A stretch of 64,000 bases of DNA from Elusimicrobia bacterium RIFOXYA12_FULL_51_18. Lineage in GTDB: Bacteria; Elusimicrobiota; Elusimicrobia; Elusimicrobiales; UBA9959. Below, piece by piece: positions 1-8,706 of this stretch (position 1 is the first letter of the stretch; every line of letters begins with the position of its first letter). Below the pieces are notes generated by a model. It was not told the origin of the DNA and did not search any database. It was given only the letters and a program-made list of their open reading frames with translations. The DNA is taken from NCBI GenBank assembly GCA_001800245.1, contig MGVA01000008.1:2702-66701 (forward strand). Direction: 5' to 3'. Position numbers and translations under genes: made by a program.

Positions 1-1
1 G

Positions 2-1408
2 TTTTTTACCGGATGGTCGGAAGGCGCCACCGCCTTCGCGCAGTCCCTGATCCTTCTTTCCGCCGCCACGGCCCTGCTTCATGGATCGTCCTGGAAACAA
101 GGTTTAAAACCGGCGGCGATAATCTCCTTATCCTATCTATTGCTTATACTTTTCAACTATAAGCCGCAAAGTCTGTACGTGGACCATGTGCTCGGCTTTT
201 TATTCGGCGCGTCCATAGCATCCTGCCTGCTTTCAGACACCGGGGACTCCTGGGCTATTGTCAGGATCATCCCCACCCTGCTTATTCTGCCGATAGTTAA
301 AGCCGCGGGACTTCTCCTTGCGCTGACAGCCGCTGTTGCCATAGCGACCAACCACCTCATCGGACTCTCCGCCGCAACCCGGCGGGAAAACGGTAAAAGA
401 CAACTTTGGCCCTCTATAGCCCTCTGCATTGTGATCCTCTTGTCGCCGCTGCTCACGGCAAAAAGCTGGAACCAAAGGGTGAAGGAATTGGGACTCGCAA
501 AAACCTTTGAAACAAAGATAGCTCTGACGGATATTAAAAAAAGTTTTTCGGCCGCCGCTTCTAAAAGGGATACGACAACTATATCCATCTTCAAAAAAGC
601 CCTTATAGGCAACCAGGTGGGCAGGAGCCTTCCGCCGGTTTTCCTGATATTAATACTGGCGTTAGCCGCCTTCGCCGCGGCCGGAAAAGAAAGGCGAGGC
701 ACGGAAAATCTCCAGATCCGCGCCGTTTTTCTCTGGATACTTGCCGGATTCGTCGTTTACGCTTCCGGGCTCCTTATGCTTTATCTTTATTCCTTTTCAA
801 ATTATGAAGGCCCCAGACTTGCCTCTTTCGGCCGCTATATGGGGGTATTCTTCATCGGCTGGAGTCTTGTAACTGCGTCCTTCTTTCTACGCCTCCCCCC
901 CCCGGCGGGCCCGGCCCGCTTCATGCGTTACGCTAAGCCGCTCATTATCCTGGCCGCCGCGGCGGCCCTGGCCTCCGCGCTATTCAAAAAGGACAGCGCT
1001 GAAAAAGCGCGGCTTCACAAAGATATCAGGGAGAAGGCGGAGTATGCCTTGTCAAAAACGCCGGCTGATTCCAGGATCTATATCGTCTGGCAGGCCAGCG
1101 ACGGCTTCGAACCGCAGGTAATGGCTTATGAACTGGCTCCGCGCATAACCAGCACCCGGGGAGGCGGCTGGTCCCTGGGAAAACCATATTACCCCGGCGA
1201 CGTATGGACTACCGACGTCCCGGCCAAAGACTGGCAGGGGATACTGAAAAATTATGATTTTGTAATGCTTGGGAACGCGGATAAGGTCTTCTGGGAAAGA
1301 TTCAGCCGGCTTTTTGAAAACCCGGAAAAGGTCCGCGACGAGTATCTTTTTAAAGTGACGATTAAAAACAGCGGCCTAAAGCTGCGATCTGTTTCCCCCG
1401 TCCTGTAA
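2..1408 (+). CDS. Polytopic membrane protein with hydrophilic C-terminal domain; 5' end cut by window edge (possible GT-C-type glycan-modifying enzyme)
   Basis: Track ORF 140..1408 starts at TTG. The same frame has no stop back to nt 2 (FFTGWSEGATAFAQSLILLSAATALL...), so the gene probably begins upstream of the window. Many hydrophobic segments are followed by a ~130-aa soluble tail. Family not recognised. Confidence 0.55.
   Translation, partial: FFTGWSEGATAFAQSLILLSAATALLHGSSWKQGLKPAAIISLSYLLLILFNYKPQSLYVDHVLGFLFGASIASCLLSDTGDSWAIVRIIPTLLILPIVKAAGLLLALTAAVAIATNHLIGLSAATRRENGKRQLWPSIALCIVILLSPLLTAKSWNQRVKELGLAKTFETKIALTDIKKSFSAAASKRDTTTISIFKKALIGNQVGRSLPPVFLILILALAAFAAAGKERRGTENLQIRAVFLWILAGFVVYASGLLMLYLYSFSNYEGPRLASFGRYMGVFFIGWSLVTASFFLRLPPPAGPARFMRYAKPLIILAAAAALASALFKKDSAEKARLHKDIREKAEYALSKTPADSRIYIVWQASDGFEPQVMAYELAPRITSTRGGGWSLGKPYYPGDVWTTDVPAKDWQGILKNYDFVMLGNADKVFWERFSRLFENPEKVRDEYLFKVTIKNSGLKLRSVSPVL
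895..903. repeat. C9 homopolymer inside the coding sequence of the first membrane protein
   Basis: ctc ccc ccc ccg encodes LPPP at residues 252-255 of the track ORF. Confidence 0.9.
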
Positions 1409-1442
1409 CCCCCAGACACCCGGAATGCGAGTTCGCCTGCGG

Positions 1443-1474
1443 GCTATGCCTGTGCCGTAACAGCGCCTATGGCC
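1443..1474. repeat. Junction repeat copies (gctatgcctgtgccgtaac and cctatggcc) at a convergent gene end
   Basis: Near-identical to the 5.4-kb and 50.4-kb units. The second unit contains the TAG stop of 1467..2858. Confidence 0.6.
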
Positions 1475-2858
1475 TTCCGATGGCCTCGTCCCGCTGAAAG
1501 ATGCGCCGGACGGTGCGCATCATTATTCCGATATCCAGCGCCAAAGTCATGTTCTTGACATAATAAAGGTCGTAATGCAGCTTCTCCAGTGAGTCCTGCT
1601 TGTTGGCTGTAGCGCGGAAATTTATCTGGGCCCAGCCGCTCATCCCGGGCTTCACCAGGTGCCGTAGATGATAATGAGGGATGCTCAGTTCAAGGATACG
1701 CACTTCTTTTATCCATTCCGGGCGAGGCCCGACCAGGGACATATCGCCTTTCAGGATGTTCCAGAGCTGGGGGATTTCGTCCATCCGGGTCAGCCTTAAA
1801 AGCCTGCCTACGCGGGTTATCCGGCTGTCATCAGCCGAAGCCTCATAGAGCGGCCCGGCCTTGTCGGCCCCCTGAACCATAGTCCGAAATTTCCAGATAA
1901 TAAATTTGCCGCCCAGATAACCGATCCTTTTCTGAAAGAAAAAAGCCGGCTTGTCCCAGCCATCCGAAAATTTCAGCGCAAGGTAAGCGGCCGCGAAAAC
2001 CGGGGAAAGTAGAAGCAGACCGAATAAAGCGGCCAGAATATCCAATCCCCTCTTCACCACAATGTAAAAGCTGTTGCTTTTATGCAGAACATTGCTGAAT
2101 AGCCAGCTGGGCTTGGCGGCATGCTCTGGAGGGATTTTATCGTAAAGTTCCTCGTAAAAATCCAGGTGCGTTATAATGGGTATCTCGTCCATTACCGCCG
2201 CGGAAAGCGCCGCGCTTTCCTGGAATGGATTTTTCTCGGCATCTTCCGCGTCCACAACCAGCAGATCGACATGAGCTGAGAGCTCTCCGCCGGTTTTCCC
2301 CCGAGGAAGCCAGTATTCATCCCGGTTTTTCTGCCGCAAGGCGAGGTCCGGCAGGGGAACCACCGTAAAACCCAGGTGCGGATTTTTAGCCAGTTCTCCT
2401 TTGATCTCTTCCACAAGGCGGTTGCTGCCTAAGAACGCCACCCGCTGGGTAAGCAGTTTAAAAAGGAAGAACCGCGTCCATACGCGCCGGCAAAGAGCGG
2501 CAAAGCTGTGAAGAAAGATGAGGGTCAGCACCAGGTGGGTCTTAGGCGTTATGACCAGCTGCGCGGAAAAAATATAAAAGAGCACCGTTACGGCGGCGAA
2601 GTTTACCGCGAACGCCAGCAGGGCATAATTTATCAGGTTGACCGTTTTGTTTATGCGCCGCAGGTCATAAAGACCGACGATGTAAAAAGTGCCGGCCCAG
2701 ATGGGAATGAACAGGGAAAATATTCTGGCGTGCTGAACAAAAAAATCGAAATGAGGGAACCCCCACCGGCGGACAGTTAAGGCCAAAGCCAGGGAAAAAT
2801 AAAAAAGAAACGCGTCACCCAGGAACAGTACCAGACGCCGCCATCGGAATATGAACAT
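1467..2858 (-). CDS. Polyprenyl-phosphate sugar phosphotransferase (WbaP/PglC-type 'bacterial sugar transferase'), initiating enzyme
   Basis: N-terminal TM segments. The C-terminal domain carries KRGLDILAALFGLLLLSP, FFFQKRIG, DEIPQLWNILKGDMSLVGPRPE and KPGMSGWAQI, typical of the exopolysaccharide polyprenyl glycosylphosphotransferase family. Confidence 0.9.
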   Translation of the reverse strand: MFIFRWRRLVLFLGDAFLFYFSLALALTVRRWGFPHFDFFVQHARIFSLFIPIWAGTFYIVGLYDLRRINKTVNLINYALLAFAVNFAAVTVLFYIFSAQLVITPKTHLVLTLIFLHSFAALCRRVWTRFFLFKLLTQRVAFLGSNRLVEEIKGELAKNPHLGFTVVPLPDLALRQKNRDEYWLPRGKTGGELSAHVDLLVVDAEDAEKNPFQESAALSAAVMDEIPIITHLDFYEELYDKIPPEHAAKPSWLFSNVLHKSNSFYIVVKRGLDILAALFGLLLLSPVFAAAYLALKFSDGWDKPAFFFQKRIGYLGGKFIIWKFRTMVQGADKAGPLYEASADDSRITRVGRLLRLTRMDEIPQLWNILKGDMSLVGPRPEWIKEVRILELSIPHYHLRHLVKPGMSGWAQINFRATANKQDSLEKLHYDLYYVKNMTLALDIGIMMRTVRRIFQRDEAIGRP

Positions 2859-2883
2859 TTATCTGACCTCGCCAACAATTATA

Positions 2884-4125
2884 CTAATTACCTCTCGCTT
2901 CCGCCTCGGCCCACAGATCCGCTTCAAGCAGTGAAGACATGGCCTCCGTTATCCTGGTCCTATCATATACGGTTTCCAGGAGAACTTTCGAGTTTCCAGC
3001 GAACGTCTGAAGTCCCCCGTCTTTCAGGGCGTAGAATTTCAGAAAACCCTCGTTTATCCCGTTCAGATCCCCCGGAGCAGAGCATAGCCCGGTCTTATAC
3101 TTCTCAACTATCCGCCGGACTTCACCGTTCATTACGCAGAAAACCGGTTTTGAAAAAGCCAGATATGCCTGAAACTTGGCCGGAACTGTGATATTAAAGA
3201 CGGGGTCGTCGTTCAGGGACACCACCATGACATCGCTGGCATTGAAATAAGCCGGCATTTCCGATTGTCTCTTTCTGCCCCAAAACACCACGTTATTGAT
3301 CTTTCCATCCGTAACCAGCTCTTTCAGCCGTTCCAAATTCGACCCGTCCCCTATGATATTAAGCTGAATGCCACTATTTTGAGCCGAGGCGAGTCCGAAT
3401 CCCCGTATCACGTTCTCCAGGTTCTGAACCTTTCCGATATTGCCCGCGAACGTGAAATTAAATTTATCGGACATTTTTACCGGACTGACAAGCGTCTCTC
3501 CGGAGGGCGCGATTGTGGGCCAATTAGGAAAGTGATATATCCGCCTTCCCGGAGCGTACTGGAGTATTTTTTCACGAAATCCTTCACAGGAAACGAATAT
3601 CTGTGCACAGTTCCGGTAAATAAAGGCCACAAGTTTATCAAGAAACCAGGAAAGAATTCCGGTCTTTTTGAAGCCATATGCGTACACCGTATCGGGCCAG
3701 ACGTCCTGGGTCCAGATCGTGACGGGTTTATTGCGCGCAAGACCGGCCAAAACCGCCGGAAGAGCCACCGTCAGCGGCCCCGTCTGATAAACGAAGATAC
3801 GATCATATCGCCCGGCTATGAACAAGGCGATGAGGCTGCCGGTAAAAATAAAACTGAAATAATTAAGTATCTTCAACGCTAAGGAATCCCGGTAACCGGT
3901 GATAGTAAAAAAGCGTCGTACACGGATATTCCGCCACAATTCTTCCGAGTAAAAACGGTTGACATAGCCCTGAAAAACCCTGCCGAAGGGATAGCTTGGA
4001 ACCTGGGTGAGAACTTCCGTTTCAAAACCACGCTCCGCCCATTGGCCAGCCAAGTCGTTTATAATGAATTCTTCCGGGTAGAAGCGTTCTGTAATGATGA
4101 GTATTTTGGATTTTGGACCGGGCAT
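2884..4125 (-). CDS. Glycosyltransferase family 4, WbuB/WcaI-like (candidate L-hexosamine transferase)
   Basis: The internal ATG at 4125 gives the N-terminus MPGPKSKILIITERFYPEEFIINDLA, typical of WbuB-like GT-B enzymes. The track extension to 4221 is probably spurious. The gene sits just downstream of the CapE/reductase/2-epimerase genes, as wbuB does in L-FucNAc loci. Confidence 0.75.
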   Translation of the reverse strand: MPGPKSKILIITERFYPEEFIINDLAGQWAERGFETEVLTQVPSYPFGRVFQGYVNRFYSEELWRNIRVRRFFTITGYRDSLALKILNYFSFIFTGSLIALFIAGRYDRIFVYQTGPLTVALPAVLAGLARNKPVTIWTQDVWPDTVYAYGFKKTGILSWFLDKLVAFIYRNCAQIFVSCEGFREKILQYAPGRRIYHFPNWPTIAPSGETLVSPVKMSDKFNFTFAGNIGKVQNLENVIRGFGLASAQNSGIQLNIIGDGSNLERLKELVTDGKINNVVFWGRKRQSEMPAYFNASDVMVVSLNDDPVFNITVPAKFQAYLAFSKPVFCVMNGEVRRIVEKYKTGLCSAPGDLNGINEGFLKFYALKDGGLQTFAGNSKVLLETVYDRTRITEAMSSLLEADLWAEAEARGN

Positions 4126-4265
4126 GGTAGCGGAAAACCTTAAGCGCTCGCAACAAAATAATGGCGTCATCCGGCGGAACCTGTTTTTGAGCGGGCCGAA
4201 GCGGTGTAAAGCGCCGCGCACTACACATATTCTAGCGTAAAGCGGCGCAGCCTAATAAACACAGT

Positions 4266-5399
4266 TCATGCCGACTTGCGCCAGACGGTGCGGTTTATGT
4301 AATCGGTGTAACTCATTATAATGCGCAGGACTTTCTTGGACACGTTGTCGGTATCATAATCCTGCACGAGGCGGAACTGGCGGCTCCCCTTGGAATGCTG
4401 GCTAACCACTATATCCACGGATTCCAGGACCCTTTCGGTCTTAAGACCGCACATTATAAGCGTGCCCTCGTCCATTCCCTCAGGTCTTTCATGCGCCTGG
4501 CGGACGGTCACGGCGGGCACATTCAAAATAGTGGATTCTTCGGTTATAGTTCCACTGTCCGACACCACGCAGAAAGCGTTAAGCTGCAGCATGACATAGT
4601 CGTAAAAACCAAGCGGCTTCAGAAAGCTTATTCTTTTATCCAGGCCTTTAACTCCGAGTTCTTCAAGCTTTTTCCGGGTACGGGGATGCGTGGAAACGAT
4701 CACGGGCATAGAATATTTTTTCGCCAGCGCGTTAAGCGAGTCCAGCAGATTCCTGAAATTTTCTCCGCTGTCTATATTTTCTTCGCGATGAGCGCTGACC
4801 ACGAAATAGCCGTTCTTTTCAAGTTTCAGGCGCTTAAGCGCTCCGGACTTGAGAATTTTAGGCATATAATGCGCCAAAACTTCTTTCATAGGGGAACCGG
4901 TCTTAATGACGGTTTCCGGGCGCAGGCCTTCGCTTATAAGATAGCGCCGGGCGTGTTCGGTAAGCGTCATATTGATATCGCTCAAATGGTCCACGACTTT
5001 GCGGTTGAGTTCTTCCGGCACGCGCTGGTCGAAAGACCTGTTGCCGGCCTCCATGTGGAAAACCGGTATTTTGCGGCGCTTGGCGGGAAGCACTGAAAGG
5101 CAGCTATTGGTATCGCCGTAAAGCAAAATAGCGTCGGGCTTCTCCTTCTCCATGACCTCGTCGGCCTTGGCGATAATATTGCCGATGGTCCGAGCGAGGG
5201 TGTCCCCGACCGAATCCAGAAAGTGGTCCGGCCTGCGTATGCCAAGTTCCTTAAAGAAGATTTCGTTCAGCTCATAATCGTAGTTCTGCCCGGTATGAAC
5301 TATCACGTGTTCCAGGTATTTCTCCGCCTCGGCCATCACGCGGCTGAGCTTTATGATCTCCGGCCTGGTGCCGACTATCGTCATCAATTTTAAAGGCAT
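4266..5399 (-). CDS. UDP-N-acetylglucosamine 2-epimerase, non-hydrolysing (WecB/FnlC/WbvD family)
   Basis: MTIVGTRPEIIKLSRV..., HTGQNYDYELN, LLYGDTNS, FHMEAGNR and VVSDSGTITEE are hallmark motifs of the family. Confidence 0.9.
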   Translation of the reverse strand: MPLKLMTIVGTRPEIIKLSRVMAEAEKYLEHVIVHTGQNYDYELNEIFFKELGIRRPDHFLDSVGDTLARTIGNIIAKADEVMEKEKPDAILLYGDTNSCLSVLPAKRRKIPVFHMEAGNRSFDQRVPEELNRKVVDHLSDINMTLTEHARRYLISEGLRPETVIKTGSPMKEVLAHYMPKILKSGALKRLKLEKNGYFVVSAHREENIDSGENFRNLLDSLNALAKKYSMPVIVSTHPRTRKKLEELGVKGLDKRISFLKPLGFYDYVMLQLNAFCVVSDSGTITEESTILNVPAVTVRQAHERPEGMDEGTLIMCGLKTERVLESVDIVVSQHSKGSRQFRLVQDYDTDNVSKKVLRIIMSYTDYINRTVWRKSA

Positions 5400-5418
5400 A
5401 AATTAACTCCCCTGTTTG

Positions 5419-5512
5419 CTAGCCTATGGCTGTGCCGTTTTAGACCTATGGTCATGCCGCACCAAGAGCTATGCTCATCAAGCGGCCAAGACCTATGTTC
5501 CTCGGACGGCCT
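5419..5512. repeat. Tandem array of four degenerate ~22-24-nt junction repeats
   Basis: Plus strand: agcctatggctgtgccgtttt / agacctatggtcatgccgcacca / agagctatgctcatcaagcggcca / agacctatgttcctcggacggcc. The array fills the 112-nt spacer between 5512..6522 and 4266..5399. Coordinates +/-1 nt. Confidence 0.7.
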
Positions 5513-6522
5513 TATTTCAACTCCGCGGCCACTTCCGGCAGTTTTAAAAGCACTTCCTTAACTTCTTGTACGTTCAGCCGCTGCGTGTTGTGTGAGGTAT
5601 AGTCGGAAAGCTTCGCCTCCTTTTTATCTCCCTCGGTAAAATACTTATTATAGTTCAGGTCCCTGTCGTCCATGCTTACCCTGAAATAATCCCCCATATC
5701 CTCAGCCCTGCGCAGTTCTTCAATAGTGGCGAGGGTTTCATAGATCTTCTCGCCGTGGCGGATGCCGATACTTTTAACCGGGACGTCGGAATTAAAGAGT
5801 TCTTTCAACGCCTGAGCCAGATCCCCCACGGTGCAGGCCGGAGATTTCCTGATAAAAATATCCCCCTGCTTCGCGTTGGAAAAAGCGAACAACACGAGTT
5901 TTATCGCCTCGTTCAGCGGCAACAGGAACCGGGTCATCCCCGCTTCGGTGACAGTTATGGGTTTCTTTTCTTTGATCTGTTTTATGAACAGCGGGATGAC
6001 GGATCCGCGCGAGCACATGACATTCCCATACCTGACGCAGGAGATCCGAGTATCCTTTTCGCTCAAACCGCGGCAGGCGGCCTGGGTGACCTTCTCCATA
6101 AGGGCCTTGGTCATACCCATGGCGTTCACCGAGTAAACAGCCTTATCCGTGCCCAAGCAGACCAGGCTTTTCACTTTGTGCCGGATCGCGGATTCAACCA
6201 CATTGCTGCTGCCCAGAATATTCGTCATCACCGCCTGCATAGGAAAAAACTCGCACGAAGGCACCTGCTTCAGAGCCGCCGCGTGGAAAACCATATCCAC
6301 GCCTTTCATAGCCTGGTCCATGCCGTGCCTGTCCCGCACGTCACCGATGTAAAACTTTATTCTGGAATCATTAAGCTGGATGCGCATATGCTCCTGCTTA
6401 AGTTCGTCGCGGCTGAAAATGCGGACCTCTTTAAAATCCTCCCTAATTATGGTTTGTAGGAGCTCATGCCCGAAAGATCCGGTGCCGCCGGTAATAAGCA
6501 CGGTTTTATCTTGAAAAAACAT
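5512..6522 (-). CDS. UDP-GlcNAc 4,6-dehydratase/5-epimerase (CapE/FnlA/WbjB/WbvB family)
   Basis: KTVLITGGTGSFG, IFSRDELKQEHMR, KFYIGDVRD, FHAAALKQVPSCEF and TDKAVYSVNAMGMTKALMEK closely match the CapE/FnlA sequences I remember. Confidence 0.9.
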   Translation of the reverse strand: MFFQDKTVLITGGTGSFGHELLQTIIREDFKEVRIFSRDELKQEHMRIQLNDSRIKFYIGDVRDRHGMDQAMKGVDMVFHAAALKQVPSCEFFPMQAVMTNILGSSNVVESAIRHKVKSLVCLGTDKAVYSVNAMGMTKALMEKVTQAACRGLSEKDTRISCVRYGNVMCSRGSVIPLFIKQIKEKKPITVTEAGMTRFLLPLNEAIKLVLFAFSNAKQGDIFIRKSPACTVGDLAQALKELFNSDVPVKSIGIRHGEKIYETLATIEELRRAEDMGDYFRVSMDDRDLNYNKYFTEGDKKEAKLSDYTSHNTQRLNVQEVKEVLLKLPEVAAELK

Positions 6523-6523
6523 A

Positions 6524-7411
6524 TTATTTCCTCCACTCGCCGTAGGGCGTGGGATCGGCGGCCATATCCGTCATCATAGCCTGCCATGAAGGACACTTGA
6601 ATCCTGTGGCCTCCGCAAACCTGCCGCCGTCCAGATCGCGCCTGCATTCAAATTTATCGTCCGCCGTTATCTCCGTGTCCACCCGGTACGCTTCCTTAAT
6701 TAGCTTCAAAAGCTCGTATTTGGACACCTTCTCGCTGGAGACGTGGTAAAGGCCGTTCAGAGCCGGAAACTTCTCTATAAGTTTCCCCACCAGTTCAGCG
6801 AGGCGGTTGGAAGTCAGACCGGTAAAGATCGCTTTGCGGAATCCCTGTACTTTATTTCCGCCCTGCGCCAGAAACCACTCCAACAATTCCGTCCCGCCGA
6901 AGATCTCTCTGCCGATAAAAGAAGACCTGAGGGTCAAAGCGCAAGGCGACGATACATCTCCAAGGGCCTTGGTCATGCCGTAAAGGTCGCCGGCATTCGG
7001 CAGGTCATCCTCGGTATAATTGCCGGTCTTGCCGTCAAATACGCAGACCGTACTAAAATGGATGAGGCGGGAACCGTGCTTCCCGCACCACTCCGCCAGC
7101 TTGTGCGGAAGCAGGGCGTTTACCGAAATGGCTGAAACCTTATCCAGGGCTTCCTTGCTGCGCAAGGTCACGCCGGCAGCATTGATCACTACGGAGGGCC
7201 TCAAGTCGTCCAGCACCTCATTAAGACGGGCGAAATCGCGCAGATCAAGGTTATCAATGACATTCGAACCGGCAAAAAGCCCGCATTTGGCGTAATAGGA
7301 CTTGGGCTTACGGATGAAAACGAAAGTCTCCGGGAATTTGGCCGGCAAAAGTTGCCAGAGCTTGTGCCCCAATGTCCCCCCGCCACCCAATATCAGAATC
7401 CGTTCACTCAT
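6524..7411 (-). CDS. RmlD-like SDR 4-reductase (WbvR-like rather than FnlB/Cap5F-like)
   Basis: 295 aa with ILILGGGGTLG and YGMTKALGD (YxxxK). The size and layout match the dTDP-4-dehydrorhamnose reductase substrate-binding family. The gene is immediately upstream of, and 1 nt from, the CapE homolog. Confidence 0.7.
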   Translation of the reverse strand: MSERILILGGGGTLGHKLWQLLPAKFPETFVFIRKPKSYYAKCGLFAGSNVIDNLDLRDFARLNEVLDDLRPSVVINAAGVTLRSKEALDKVSAISVNALLPHKLAEWCGKHGSRLIHFSTVCVFDGKTGNYTEDDLPNAGDLYGMTKALGDVSSPCALTLRSSFIGREIFGGTELLEWFLAQGGNKVQGFRKAIFTGLTSNRLAELVGKLIEKFPALNGLYHVSSEKVSKYELLKLIKEAYRVDTEITADDKFECRRDLDGGRFAEATGFKCPSWQAMMTDMAADPTPYGEWRK

Positions 7412-7451
7412 GCCGCTTATGCTCTCCAGTCACGCCTAAACAGCGGCATGA
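7408..7451 (-). promoter_or_regulatory. Perfect 10-bp inverted repeat able to sequester the start codon of the 6524..7411 gene
   Basis: tcatgccgct (7408-7417, includes the ATG on the minus strand) pairs with agcggcatga (7442-7451). The 24-nt loop contains the GGAGAG Shine-Dalgarno. Confidence 0.35.
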
Positions 7452-7536
7452 CGCTCCGCCGGTTCCTTCAGAACCGTCTTAATATACTAATAATAACAAA
7501 TTTTGCCCATCCGGTTCTGCCTGTGGCTTATATGGC

Positions 7537-8685
7537 CTATGGCTTGCGGCTTGGCACGGGGTTCGCGGCTTCCAGGAGGGTTTCTATGGTCTGGGCGGCG
7601 GTGACGGCCCAGGAGAAATCGGCGCTGCGCGCTCTAACCTGTTCACGAACGGCCTGACTTTCAGCGGGGGACCTGTCAACCACCTCAAATACTTTATGCG
7701 TCAGTTCAACATGGTCCCCAGGCGGATAGTGCTCGGCACTGCCTCCGAAAGCCTCCGGCAACGGCGGGTTATCCGTGGAAACACACTGGCAACCGTGAGC
7801 CAGGGCCTCAAGCACCACTACCGCGAATGCTTCCACCCGGCTGGTCATCAGGAAGACAGAACAGTTATTGTAACACCAAGTCATTTCTTCCGCCGAAAGC
7901 TGGCCCGCCCAGCACAAATCGTCAGAGACACCCATTTTATTCGCAAACGCTTTCAGCCGCATATGGTAAGGAATCATGGCTTTCCTGGCGCTACCTCCGA
8001 TAACTATTTTCAGGGGCCGCCCGCAGACGGTCCGGGCATGAGCCGCGCAAAGGATAACATCCTCAAGTCCGCGGTACTGTTCCACGGACCCGGCGGTGAA
8101 CAGGAAATTATCCCACCCCTTCGCGGGGATCAACGCGGGACGGATGGGATTTTCAGAGGGTTTGGAATTTCCGAAATAAATAAGGCGCACTTTTTCTTCC
8201 GGCACACCCCATTCTTTCAGCAAAAACTGCCGGACGAAGTCGGACATTGCTACGACTTTTACCGCTTTGCGCACGGCGATCCGTGTTTCCAACCATTGCG
8301 CGCCAAGGGCGGCGAATTCTTTTAATCCCGACCAGGCGCCCGAGACCAGGGGCGCCATGTTCTGTATCATGGTAACGGTCGGCACGTCACGGAACCGTAT
8401 ATGCCGTGAAACCGGGACAAATATCACATCAGGACCAAACGCGGCCAACTCCTTTTCCAGTTCCGCATCCGGCTTGTGTCTGAGGAATCTGAAGGGCTGG
8501 CATTCTACGAACCGGATCTTCGCATGAGAGCATACCCAATCCTCGATGTTAAAGGCGCGAGGCGAGGCGCAAAGAACCGCGTCTATACGCCGGTCCTCCG
8601 CAAATAACGGAAGCACGTTCTGAAGGTATTTCTTATATCCGCCGCTTATGCCTGAACCCGTAAGGTTCAGAATCGCTACCCGCAT
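7537..8685 (-). CDS. Glycosyltransferase family 4 (GT-B)
   Basis: MRVAILNLTGSGISGGYKKY N-terminus and a C-terminal SRVEAFAVVVLEALAHGCQCV (E-x7-E-type region). Confidence 0.8.
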   Translation of the reverse strand: MRVAILNLTGSGISGGYKKYLQNVLPLFAEDRRIDAVLCASPRAFNIEDWVCSHAKIRFVECQPFRFLRHKPDAELEKELAAFGPDVIFVPVSRHIRFRDVPTVTMIQNMAPLVSGAWSGLKEFAALGAQWLETRIAVRKAVKVVAMSDFVRQFLLKEWGVPEEKVRLIYFGNSKPSENPIRPALIPAKGWDNFLFTAGSVEQYRGLEDVILCAAHARTVCGRPLKIVIGGSARKAMIPYHMRLKAFANKMGVSDDLCWAGQLSAEEMTWCYNNCSVFLMTSRVEAFAVVVLEALAHGCQCVSTDNPPLPEAFGGSAEHYPPGDHVELTHKVFEVVDRSPAESQAVREQVRARSADFSWAVTAAQTIETLLEAANPVPSRKP

Positions 8686-8706
8686 GGGATCATCTCCTAA
8701 GGTCTG

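Noticed and set aside
5419-5512. The tandem 22-24-nt repeats as a mini-CRISPR array or integron attC sites.
   Set aside because: The units are contiguous with no spacers, are degenerate and are too short for CRISPR. The GCCGTAAC ends do not satisfy the RYYYAAC/GTTRRRY attC core, and no integrase is present.
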